From NCBI RefSeq assembly GCF_009914755.1, contig NC_060935.1: 64,000 nucleotides of DNA; one strand, given 5' to 3'. This document shows, in pieces, positions 26,661-41,028 of this stretch (positions are counted from its first letter, which is position 1; every line of letters begins with the position of its first letter). The notes under the pieces are model-generated. The model made no database searches, was not told the origin of the DNA, and was given only the letters and a program-made list of their open reading frames with translations. The position numbers and the translations under genes were made by a program. This DNA comes from the human T2T-CHM13v2.0 reference genome, Homo sapiens.

Positions 26661-29600
26661 CAGCCTTAGCTGTTGTTGCCTTTGGGGTCTGGGGAATCTG
26701 AGGAGACTAGGGACTGGAGTGGTCCTCTGGCATGTGCAGCAGCTCTGGAGAGGTGGCCAACAGCTTTTTCATGCAGGTCTGATTCTGTTTCTCTTTACTG
26801 GGCAGAATCTCCTGTCTGAGGTCTATGACCACCCCCACCAGTGTTTTCCAGCCAGCAGTAGTTCCAAACCTCCCTGGGGTGAAGCTCCCAGAGGAAGGGG
26901 TGGGCTGCCATCTTTGCTCTTTGGCAGCCTTAGCCGTTCTGGCTTTCAGAACTTGGAGAGTGCAAGGTGACTGCGGGCTGGAGCAGACCCCTAGCACGGC
27001 ACAGCTGCTGTATGAAAAAACCACCAACTGCTTTTTTACAGAGGTCCCCAGTCCCATTCCTTTTAACTGGGTGGGACCTCCTGACTGGGGTCTCCAGCCA
27101 CCCCCTCCAGTGCGTTTCAGCCAGCAACATGTCCATATCTCCCTGGGATGGAGCTCCCAGAGGGAGAAGCAGGGTGCCACGTTAGTTGTTTCACAGCCTT
27201 CACTGTCGATACCTTCAGGTACTGGAAAATCTAAGGTGACTAGGGACTGGAGCAGACCTTCAGCATACTCCAGCAGCCCTAGGAAAAGTGGCCAGACTGT
27301 TCGTTACATGGGTTCCTGATCCTGTATCTCCTCACTGGGTGGGTCCTCCCAGCCAGGGTCTCCAGCCACACCCTGCTGGGGCTATTGAGCCAGAAGCAGC
27401 TCTGCAACAACCTGGACAGAGCTCCCAGTGGGAGGGGCGGGTTGCCATCTTTGCCATCTTGCAGCCCTGGCCCTTGCTGTCTCCAGGCTCTGGAGAGTCC
27501 ACAGGGGCCAGGAGGTGATGGAACCCCAGCACAGAGCACCTACCTTATGGAAATTGGCCGGGCTATTCTCCACGCAGGTGCTGGTCCTCACTTCTCCTCA
27601 CTGGTTAGGGCCACTAGACCTGGGACTCAACACTACCACCCTGTCCCCACCTGACCACTTCAATCAGAGGCAGCCCAGCATTTCTCCAAAGAGGAAATCC
27701 CAGAGTCAACCTACAATTCCTCTGCTACTGCAGTGGCAGTGCTACTGCCCTAACAGTGCTCAGGCTGGAGAAAGAACAAAGGGCCTACTCACTATGCTGG
27801 CACCTCCAGCACAACACAGCTACCATACAGAAAGGATGGTAGTTCTTCTTCCCTGGGAACCCCCATCCCCCACTCCACTAGGAAGGGCTCCCAGGTCATG
27901 ATGGCGAAACATTGCCCCACCCACGGCTGAGCATACCCACTAGTAGTGGCCCTGAGTTTCCCTGGGGAGAGGCTCCTGGAGGCATCTGACAGCCTATCTG
28001 CTACTGCTACAGAAGTGGTCCTATCCCTGCTGCCCTCAGTCTGGGGAAGAAACAAGAGTCTCAGGGCTACACCTGAGCTTACAGCATGCCACAGTCACCA
28101 TACAGAGAGGAAACAAGTCTCTCTTCCTGATGAGCCCTTAACCCCCTGCTCCCCAAGCTCATGCCAGCAGGGCAGCTGCCCTACCCCACTTGCTGAACAC
28201 TCCCAGTAACAGTGGGTCCACGTTTCTTGGAGTTGGAGCCCCCAGGGGAAACCGAAAGCCCCTTTGCCATTTCCTCTACAGTGGTACTGCCCATGCTACC
28301 CTTGGACTAATGAAGGAGCAAAGACCCTAAGTACCCTATCCACACCTCCAATAAGCAGCAGTCAACCCAAGAAGAGGTGGCCAGTCCATCTCCCACAGGT
28401 CCCACCCACTCCCCCTGTTCATCACCAGGCAGGGAATCCCCCAGCTTGGGCCCACAGCACAGACCCCCATCCTGTTCTGATCACATAGAGCAACTGCTGA
28501 TCTGCATCTCTCTGAGGTGGAGTCCCCAGGATACAAGCAAAAGACCATTGGCCACAACCACTGCTAAGGTCCCTTTTCCTGCTGGCTCCAAGTTGGGGAG
28601 GAAACATAAACCCTGAGATCACCCTAGAGCTGTGATGGGCAGCTTGGGAGTGCCAAGCCATGATCTACAGTCAGCACTCAAGTGGGAGAGGGACCCACAG
28701 TTTCAAAGCATTGAAAGGGACTATGGCTGCAAATGTGAGGAAATATAGGGGAGCGACACAGCTGAGCAAGAGTCTACCTACTGACCACTATGCATAAATT
28801 AACAACTTAACATCACAACTAAAAGAAATAGAGAAGCAAGAGCAAACCAACCCCAAAGCTAGCAGAAGACAAGAAATAACATAAATCAGAGCCAAACTGA
28901 AGGAGATTGAGACACAAAAAAATATTCAAAAGCTGAACGAACCCAGGAATTGGTTTTTTGAAAAAATTAATAAGATGGGCCACCAACTAGACTAATAAAG
29001 AAGAAAAGAGAGAAGATTAAAATAAACACAATCAGAAATGACAAAAGGGATATTACCACTAACCCCACAGAAATACAAAAAATTATCAGAGACTACTACA
29101 AACATCTCTATGCACACAAACTAGAAAAACTTGAAGAGATGGATAAATTCCTGGACACGTACACTCTCCCAAGACTGAACCAGGAAGAAATTAACTCCCT
29201 GAACAGACCAATAATGCGCTCTGAAGTTGAATCAATAAGAAATAGCCTCCAACCAAAAAAAGCCCAGGACCAGAGATTCACAGCTGAATTCTACCAGATG
29301 TACAAAGAAGAGCTGGTATTAAAACTATTCCAAAAAGCTGAGGATGAGGGACTCCTCCCCAACTCATTCTGTGAGGCCAGCATCATCCTGATACCAAAAC
29401 CTGTCAGAGACACAGCAAGAAAAAAAATCCTCAGGCCAATATCCTTGACAAACACAGATGCAAAAATCCTCAACAAAACGCTTGCAAACTGAATCCAGCA
29501 GCACATCAAAAAGCTAATCCACCACAATCAAGCACACATTATCCCTGGGATGGAAGGTTGGTTCAACATATGCAAATTAATAAATGTGATCCATCACATA

Positions 29601-31905
29601 AACAGAACTAAAGACAAAAACCACATGATTATCACAAGAGGGGCAGAAAAGGCTTTTGATAAAATTCAGTATCTTTTCATTCTAAAAACTCTCAATAAAG
29701 TATGTATTGAAGGAACATACCTCAAAATAATAAGAGCCATCTATGACAAGCCCATAGCCAACATTGTATTGAATGGGCAAAAGCTGGAAGCATTCCCTTG
29801 AAAAGGGACAAGACAAGGATGCCCTCTCTCACCACTGCTATTCAACATAATACTGGAAGTTCTGGGCAGAGCAATCAGGCATGAGAAAGAAATAAAGGGC
29901 CTCCAAATAGGAAGAGAGGAAGTCAAACTATCCCTGTTTGCAGACGACATGATTCTATATCTAGAAAACCACATAGTCTCGGCCTCAAGGATCCTTCAGC
30001 TGATAAACAGCTTCAGCAAAGTTTCAGGAAACATAATCAACATACAAAATAACTAGCATTCTTATACACCAACAACAGCCAAGCCAAGAGCCAAATTAGG
30101 AATGCAATTCCATTCACAATAGCCACAAAAAGAATAAAATACCTAGGAATACAGCTAACCAAGGAGGTGAAAGATCTCAACAATGAGAATTACAAAACAC
30201 TGCTCAAAGAAGTCAGAAATGACACAAAAAACATTCCACGCTCATGGATAGGAAGAATCAATATAATTAAAATGGTCATACTGCCTGAAGCAATTTACAG
30301 ATTTAATGTTATTCCTATCAAACTACCAATGACATTCTTCACAGAACTGAAAAAAAAAACAACTACTTTAAAATTTATATGGAACTAAAAAAGAGCCTGA
30401 ATAGCCAACGCAATCTCAGCAAAAGAACAAAACTGGAGGCATCATGTTACCTGACTTCAAACTATACTACAGGGCTACAGTAACCAAAACAGCATGGTAC
30501 TGGTACAAAAATAGACACATAGACCAATGAAACTGAATAGAGAGCCCAGAAATAATACTGCACATCTACAACCATCTAATCTTCAGCAAAGCTGACAAAA
30601 ACAAGCAATGGGGAAAGAACTCCCTAGTCAATAAATTGTGTTGGGATAACTGGCTAACCACATGCAGAAGATTGAAACTGGACCCCTGCCTTACACCATA
30701 TACAAAAATCAACTCAAGATGTGTTGAAGACTTAAATGTAAAACCCAAAACTATAAAAACCCTGGAAGACAGTCTAGGCAATACCATTCTGGACAGAGGA
30801 ACAGGAAAGATTTTATGATGAAAATGCCAAAAGCAATCACAATAAAAACAAAAATTGACAAATGGGATCTAATTAAACTTAAGAGCTTCTGCACAGCAAA
30901 ATAATCTATCAACTGAGTAAGCAGACAACCTACAGAATGTGAGAAAATTTTTGTAAACTATGCGTCTGACAAAGTTCTAATATCCAGCATTTATAAGGAA
31001 CTTAAACAAATTTATAAGAAAATAAAGACAACCCCAATAAAAAGTGGCAAAGGATGTGAACAGACACTTTTCAAAAAAAGATACAATACACATGGTCAAC
31101 AAAAGTGTGAAAAAAAGCTCAATATCACTATCATTAGAGAAATACAAAACAAAGCCACAGTGAAATACCATTTCATACCAGTCAGAATGGCTACCATTAA
31201 AAAGTAAAAAAAAAAAAACAAAAAAACAAAAAAAAAGATGCTGGTGAGGTTGTGGAGAAAAGGAGATGCTTATAAACTGTTGGTGGGAGTGTAAATTAGT
31301 TGAACCATTGTGGAAAGCAGTGTGGCAATTCCTCAGAGCTAAAAACAAAACTACAATTTGACCCAGCAATGCCATTATGAGCATATATCCAGAGAAATAT
31401 AAATCATTCTACCACAAAGACAGTTGCATATGTAGTTCATTGCAGCACTATTCACAATAGCAGAGACACAGAATCAACCTAAATGCCCATCAATGGCAGA
31501 TTGAATAAAGAAAACATGATGCATATACATCATGGAATACTATACAGCCATATAAAAGAACAAGATGATGTCCTTCGTAGGAACATGGATGAAGCTGGAG
31601 GCCTGAGCAAACTAGCACAGGAACAGAAAACCAAACACTACATGTTCTTACTTGTATGTGTTAGCTAAATGATGAGAACACATGGAAACAAAGACGGGAA
31701 CAACTGACACTGGGGCCTACCAGAGGATAGAGGGTAGAAGGAGGGAGAGGATCAGAAAAAATAACTGTTGAGTACTAGGCTTAGTACCTGTTTGACAAAA
31801 TAATCTGTACAACAAACACCCGTGACACAAATTTACCTACATAACAAACCTGTACATGTACCCCTGAACCTAAAATAAAAGTTTAAAAAATTAAAAATTA
31901 AAAGA
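26660..31905 (+). mobile_element. L1PA13-15/L1PREC2-type LINE: tandem-monomer 5'UTR joined directly to ORF2 (ORF1 and EN deleted), plus 3'UTR and A tail
   Basis: ORF2 peptides in the ORF track ([50 protein letters not shown]); 3'UTR ending cccctgaacctaaaataaaagtt. Confidence 0.9.
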
Positions 31906-31924
31906 AGACACACAACAGCTCTTT

Positions 31925-32787
31925 CTCTCTCCCCAACTTTCTAATTTCTGTACTGTTTTTTTTCTTGCTTCTTTGTTCTGAATCAGACCTCCAGTTTGAC
32001 ATTGACTGGGAATAGCGTTGGCCAGCTAACTGTGTTATTCAAATCTTTCATTTGTTATTTCAAAAGGAAAGTTTTCAACACTTCATCATTAAGTTTGCTG
32101 TTTGTTATAGGGTTGTTGTAGATTTACTTTATCAGGCTAATAAGTTCTATTTCTACTTTGCTAAATGATTTTTGTTTGCCTGTTTGTTTTAATGATGAAT
32201 GGATATTGAATTTTAATGCTTTTTCTTTATCTATTAAAATGATCACATGAATTTTTTTGTTGTGTTAATTGTGAATTAGATTGATTGAATTTTGAGTGTA
32301 AACTAAATTTGCTTTCTTGGAGTAAATCCTATTTGATCTCATGCCTTAGCCTTTGTACATTGCTGATTCCATTTACTAATATTTTGTTTAGTTATTGGCT
32401 TCCATGTTCTGAATGAGACCACCTATAATTTTTCTTTATCATCATGTTTTTGTAAAGATGGATGCTAAAATTATTTTGGCCTCATAAAACAAGTTGGTTA
32501 GTGCTACTTTATCTTTATCTTTATTCTTTATTCTCTAGAATAATTTGTAAAAGATTAGCATTATTTTCTTTCTTAAACATTTGGCAGAATTCACCATTGA
32601 AGCTACGTGGGCCCAGAAATATTTTCTTGGGGAGAAGATTTTCAATTACATATTTAATTTCTTTAATAATTTTACATTCATATGTTCAATATTTTTCTCA
32701 TGTCGATTTCAAGTTGTGTTTCTCCTAAGAAGTTTTTCATTTTATCAAATTTTCAAACTTATTGATATAAAGCTATTTATACTGTCC
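31925..32787 (-). mobile_element. Old L1M ORF2 region (probable continuation of 25100-26660)
   Basis: AT-rich degraded ORF2 (aatggatattgaatttt, tttggcagaattcaccattgaagc). Confidence 0.65.
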
Positions 32788-33721
32788 TGGTCGTTCGACA
32801 TAATCTTAGACTTCTTAGAGGCATTGTTTATATTTTCTTATTCTTGTTTCTTTGTCAAAATCTTTTTTGGATTGAGTTAATTGGAAGACCTTGTCTTTGA
32901 GCTCTGAATTTCTTTCTTCTACTTGTTCAATTCTATTGCTGAGACTTTCCAGAGCATTTTGCATTTCTATGAATGTGTTCAATGTTTCCTGAAGTTTTTA
33001 TTGTTTTTACCTTGTGCTATCTATTTCCTTGAATATTTCTCCCTTCATTTCTTGTTTTTTTGGATTTCCTTGCATTGGGGTTCACCTTTCTCTGGTGCCT
33101 CCCTGATTATCTTAATAACTAACCTCCTGAATTCTTTTTCAGGTAAATCAGGGATTTCTTCTTGGTTTGGATCCATTGCTGGTGAGCTAGTATGATTTTT
33201 TTGGTGGTGTTAAAGAGTCTTGTTTTGTCATATTACCAGAGTTGGCTTTCTGGTTCCTTCTCATTTGGGTAGGCTCTGTCAGAGGGAAAGTCTAGGGCTG
33301 AAGGCTATTGTTCAGATTCTTTTGTCCCACAGGGTGTTGCTTGATGTAGTACTCTCCGCCTTTTCCTATGGATATGGCTTCCTGAGAGCTGAGCTGTAGT
33401 GATTGTTATTTCTCTTCTGGGTCTAGCCACCTAGCAAGTCTATCAGGCTCTGGGCTGGTACTGGGGGTTGTCTGCACAGAGTCCTGTGATGTGAACCATC
33501 TATGGGTCTCTCAGCCATTGATACCAGCACAGTATCTGGGGTGTCTCCCCGGTCTGGCAGGAGCAGTCTGCTTCCTTCAGAGGGTCTGTGGGTCCTCTCA
33601 GGATTCCTGATTTATTCCTGCAGTCGTTCTGGAGCTAAAATTCACCATGCGGGCCTCTGCACACTTCTCTGTCTGTCCAAGTCAGAGCTGCAATCTAGTC
33701 CTGCCTCCTGTCTGCCATGAT
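32788..33721 (-). mobile_element. L1PB (L1PBa-type) 5'UTR plus start of ORF1, with an internal 5'UTR junction at 33530/33531
   Basis: Minus strand begins atcatggcagacaggaggcaggactagattgcagctc; ORF1 start cctacccaaATGagaaggaaccag at 33264. Confidence 0.8.
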
Positions 33722-33792
33722 ATGCAATTCTGGTGGAAGAAATTCTCCTCTGGAGAACTGACGTCACTAGGTGTTCTCCTGAGAGTTGTGCC

Positions 33793-33854
33793 AGTCTGGG
33801 GCCTGGGAAGTCCAAGGGCATGGCTTCTGCTCAGCACTGGTGAGGGCCTCCTTG
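33793..33854 (-). mobile_element. MST-type MaLR LTR fragment (62 bp)
   Basis: Minus strand caaggaggccctcaccag..cccttggacttcccaggccccagact matches the in-window MST at 42328-42386. Confidence 0.7.
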
Positions 33855-34007
33855 ACAATCACAAGGTTCCACAATAGGCCATCTGCAAGCTGAGGAGCAA
33901 GGAAGCCAGTTTGAGTCCCAGAGCTGAAGAACTTGGAGTCTGATGTTCAAGGGCAGGAAGCATCCAGCACAGGAGGAAGATGTAGGCTGGATAGCTAAGT
34001 GAGTCTA
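33855..34007 (-). mobile_element. MLT2A1 (ERVL LTR) fragment (153 bp)
   Basis: Minus strand ccagcctacatcttcctcctgtgctggatgcttcctgcccttgaacatcagactccaagttcttcag..cttgctcctcagcttgcagatggcctattgtgg. Confidence 0.85.
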
Positions 34008-34166
34008 CTATTCAAGCCTTTTGTCTGAATTTTAAATTGGCTTGTTTGTCATTTAATTTTTGAGTTGTGAAAGTTCTTTATAGATTCTATTTACAAATTC
34101 TTTGTCATGCATATATATACAATGCAAATAGTTTCTCCCATCTGTAGTTTGCCTTTATGTTTTCTT
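34008..34166 (-). mobile_element. Old L1M host fragment (continues at 41029-41450)
   Basis: tttctcccatctgtagtttgcctttatgttttctt | aatggtatctttgat is collinear across the L1PA insertion. Confidence 0.7.
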
Positions 34167-34199
34167 TTTTTTTTTTTTGCTTTCTGAAAATTTATCTAT

Positions 34200-34260
34200 T
34201 TATTTATTTATTTTTTATTTTATTTATTTATTTTTATTATACTTTAAGTTTTAGGGTATA
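34200..34260 (-). mobile_element. L1PA 3' tip with (TAAA)n tail, inside the transduced segment
   Basis: ttattatactttaagttttagggta is identical to the L1 3' end at ~35003-35027. Confidence 0.7.
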
Positions 34261-34359
34261 TTCTTGTCTTTGGGTATAGTCTAGGGTATATTTTTAAAGT
34301 AAATTTTAAAAGGGGAAAACAAAAACTAGAGGTTTTAATGGATTTTATTTTATTTTTAT

Positions 34360-34425
34360 AGCCAGTCAAATTCAGCAGTGGCGGGGGGTTGTATACCAAC
34401 TTTAGTGAAACTAATGTTAATAAGT
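34360..34425 (-). pseudogene. 5'-truncated Y4 RNA (RNY4) retropseudogene
   Basis: Reverse complement acttattaacattagtttcactaaagttggtatacaaccccccgccactgctgaatttgactggct matches the 3' two-thirds of hY4; A-rich tail; TSD taatggatttta (34336-34347 / 34425-34436). Confidence 0.9.
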
Positions 34426-35209
34426 AATGGATTTTAAAGGTTAAATTTTTTTCTGACTTTCAGACATTGCCTTAAAGATAAGTTCAGTTTATTGTAAGTT
34501 GAAAATTAATTTCTGTTACCTATGGGATAAAATATGAAACATTTGAAATATAAATTCCTTGTAAGATTATAGCTTACAACATAAGTTGTTGCGAATGTTC
34601 CAAAATTATTTTTGTGATTTGAATTGGGAAATTATGAAGACAAAAAGAGTACATAAAATTTAGAGTAATTTACGAATAGACTCTTACTTTTTCAAAGTCT
34701 CCCAGAATGTTACTGTGGACATTCAGTAAAGTGATGTGTATGTGTATTTGTTGGTAGGGACGGTGTTCAGGGGGAAGGTACATACACATGTCTGTATAAG
34801 CATATACAAACACATGAACACATATATTTTATTAGCCTAGTCTTTAAGGAGTAATCACACCATTGGTGTCTGTTCGTATAACTAAAGAATGAGAGTAATT
34901 TAACTAAATAAATTTATTCATTTAACTAAATAAATGTATTAATTTTCACATATTTCTTTCATTGTGAGACAGTTTCAGTGGTTGATTTTATTATTATTAT
35001 TATTATTATACTTTAAGTTTTAGGGTACATGTGCACAATGTGCAGGTTAGTTACATATGTATACATGTGCCATGCTGGTGTGCTGCACCCACTAACTCGT
35101 CATCTAGCATTAGGTATATCTCCCAGTGCTATCCCTCCCCCCTCCCCCCACCCCACAACAGTCCCCAGAGTGTGATGTTCCCCTTCCTGTGTCCATGTGT
35201 TATCACTGT

Positions 35210-39029
<3,820 letters not shown>

Positions 39030-39092
39030 TATGATGTTAGCTGGTTATTTTGCTCATTAGTTGATTCAGTTTCTTCCTAGTCTCGATGGTCT

Positions 39093-40106
39093 TTACATTT
39101 TGGCATGATTTTGCAGTAGCTGGTACCGGTTGTTCCTTTCCATGTTTAGTGCTTCCTTCAGGAGCTCTTTTAGGGCAGACCTGGTGGTGACAAAATCTCT
39201 CAGCATTTGCTTGTCTATAAAGGATTTTATTTCTCCTTCACTTATGAAGCTTAATTTGGCTGGATATGAAATTCTAGGTTGAAAATTCTTTTCTTTAAGA
39301 ATGTTGAATATTGGCCCCCACTCTCTTCTGGCTTGTAGAGTTTCTGCTGAGAGATCCGCTGTTAGTCTGATGGGCTTCCCTTTGAGGGTAACCGACCTTT
39401 CTCTCTGGCTGCCCTTAACACTTTTTCCTTCATTTCAACTTTGGTGAATCTGACAATTATGTGTCTTGGAGTTGCTCTTCTTGAGGAGTATCTTTGTGGC
39501 ATTCTCTGTATTTCCTGAATCTGAATGTTGGCCTGCCTTGCTAGATTGGGGAAGTTCTCCTGGATAATATCCTGCAAAGTGTTTTCCAACTTGGTTCCAT
39601 TCTCCACGTCACTTTCAGGTACACCAGTCAGACGTAGATTTGGTCTTTTCACATAGTCCCATATTTCTTGGAGGCTTTGCTCGTTTCTTTTAATTCTTTT
39701 TTCTCTAAACTTCCCTTCTTCCTTCATTTCATTCATTTCATCTTCCATCGCTGATACCCATTCTTCCAGTTGATTGCATCGGCTCCTGAGGCTTCTGCAT
39801 TCTTCACGTAGTTCTCAAGCCTTGGTTTTCAGCTCCATCAGCTCCTTTAAGCACTTCTCTGTATTGGTTATTCTAGTTATACATTCTTCTAAATTTTTTT
39901 CAAAGTTTTCAACTTCTTTGCCTTTGGTTTGAATGTCCTCCCATAGCTCAGAGTAATTTGATCATCTGAAGCCTTCTTCTCTCAGCTCGTCAGTCATTCT
40001 CCGTCCAGCTTTTTTCCGTTGCTGGTGAGGAACTGTGTTCCTTTGGAGGAGGAGGGGTGCTCTGCTTTTTAGAGTTTCCAGTTTTTCTGCTCTGTTTTTT
40101 CCCCAT
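39093..40106 (-). pseudogene. L1 ORF1, disrupted
   Basis: ATG at 40106 (atggggaaaaaacag); the ORF track recovers only a 128-aa internal piece (..EIWDYVKRPNLRL..TPRHIIVRFTK). Confidence 0.9.
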
Positions 40107-40561
40107 CTTTGTGGTTTTATCTACTTTTGGTCTTTGATGATGGTGAGGTACAGATGGGTTTTTGGTGTGGATGTCCTTCCTGTTTGTTAGTTTTCCTTCT
40201 GACAGACAGGACCCTCAGCTGCAGGTCTGTTGGAGTACCCGGCCGTGTGAGGTGTCAGTGTGCCCCTGCTGGGGGGTGCCTCCCAGTTAGGCTGCTCAGG
40301 GGTCAGGGGTCAGGGACCCACTTGAGGAGGCAGTCTGCCTGTTCTCAGATCTCCAGCTGCATGCTGGGAGAACCACTGCTCTCTTCAAAGCTGTCAGACA
40401 GGGACATTTAAGTCTGAAGAGATTACTGCTGTCTTTTTGTTTGTCTGTGCCCTGCCCCCAGAGGTGGAGCCTACAGAGGCAGGCAGGCCTCCTTGAGCTG
40501 TGGTGGGCTCCACCCAATTCGAGCTTCCCGGCTGCTTTGTTTACCTAAGCAAGCCTAGGCA

Positions 40562-40870
40562 ATGGCGGGCGCCCCTCCCCTAGCCTCGCTGCCGCCTTGC
40601 AGTTTGATCTCAGACTGCTGTGCTAGCAATCAGCGAGACTCCGTGGGCGTAGGACCCTCCGAGCCAGGTGCGGGATATAATCTCCTGGTGTGCCGTTTTT
40701 TAAGCCCTTTGGAAAAGTGCAGTACTCGGGTGGGAGTGACCCGATTTTCCAGGTGCCGTCTGTCACCCCTTTCTTTGACTAGGAAAGGGAACTCCCTGAC
40801 CCCTTGTGCTTCCCGAGTGAGGCAATGCCTCGCCCTGCTTTGGCTCGCACACGGTGCATGCACCCACTGA
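40562..40870 (+). CDS. LINE-1 ORF0 (antisense 5'UTR ORF), open for 102 aa
   Basis: MAGAPPLASLPPCSLISDCCASNQRDSVGVGPSEPG matches the known ORF0 N-terminus; Kozak context gcaATGg; expression unknown. Confidence 0.6.
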   Translation: MAGAPPLASLPPCSLISDCCASNQRDSVGVGPSEPGAGYNLLVCRFLSPLEKCSTRVGVTRFSRCRLSPLSLTRKGNSLTPCASRVRQCLALLWLAHGACTH

Positions 40871-41028
40871 CCTGCGCCCATTGTCTGGCACTCCCTAGTG
40901 AGATGAGCCCGGTACCTCAGATGGAAATGCAGAAATCACCCATCTTCTGCATTGCTCACGCTGGGAGCTGTAGACCGGAGCTGTTCCTATTTGGCCATCT
41001 TGGCTCCAGCCACCTCCTATGTTTTCTT

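Noticed and set aside
26644-28661. Dense overlapping ORFs suggesting a coding locus
   Set aside because: Explained by GC-rich tandem monomers of an L1 5'UTR.
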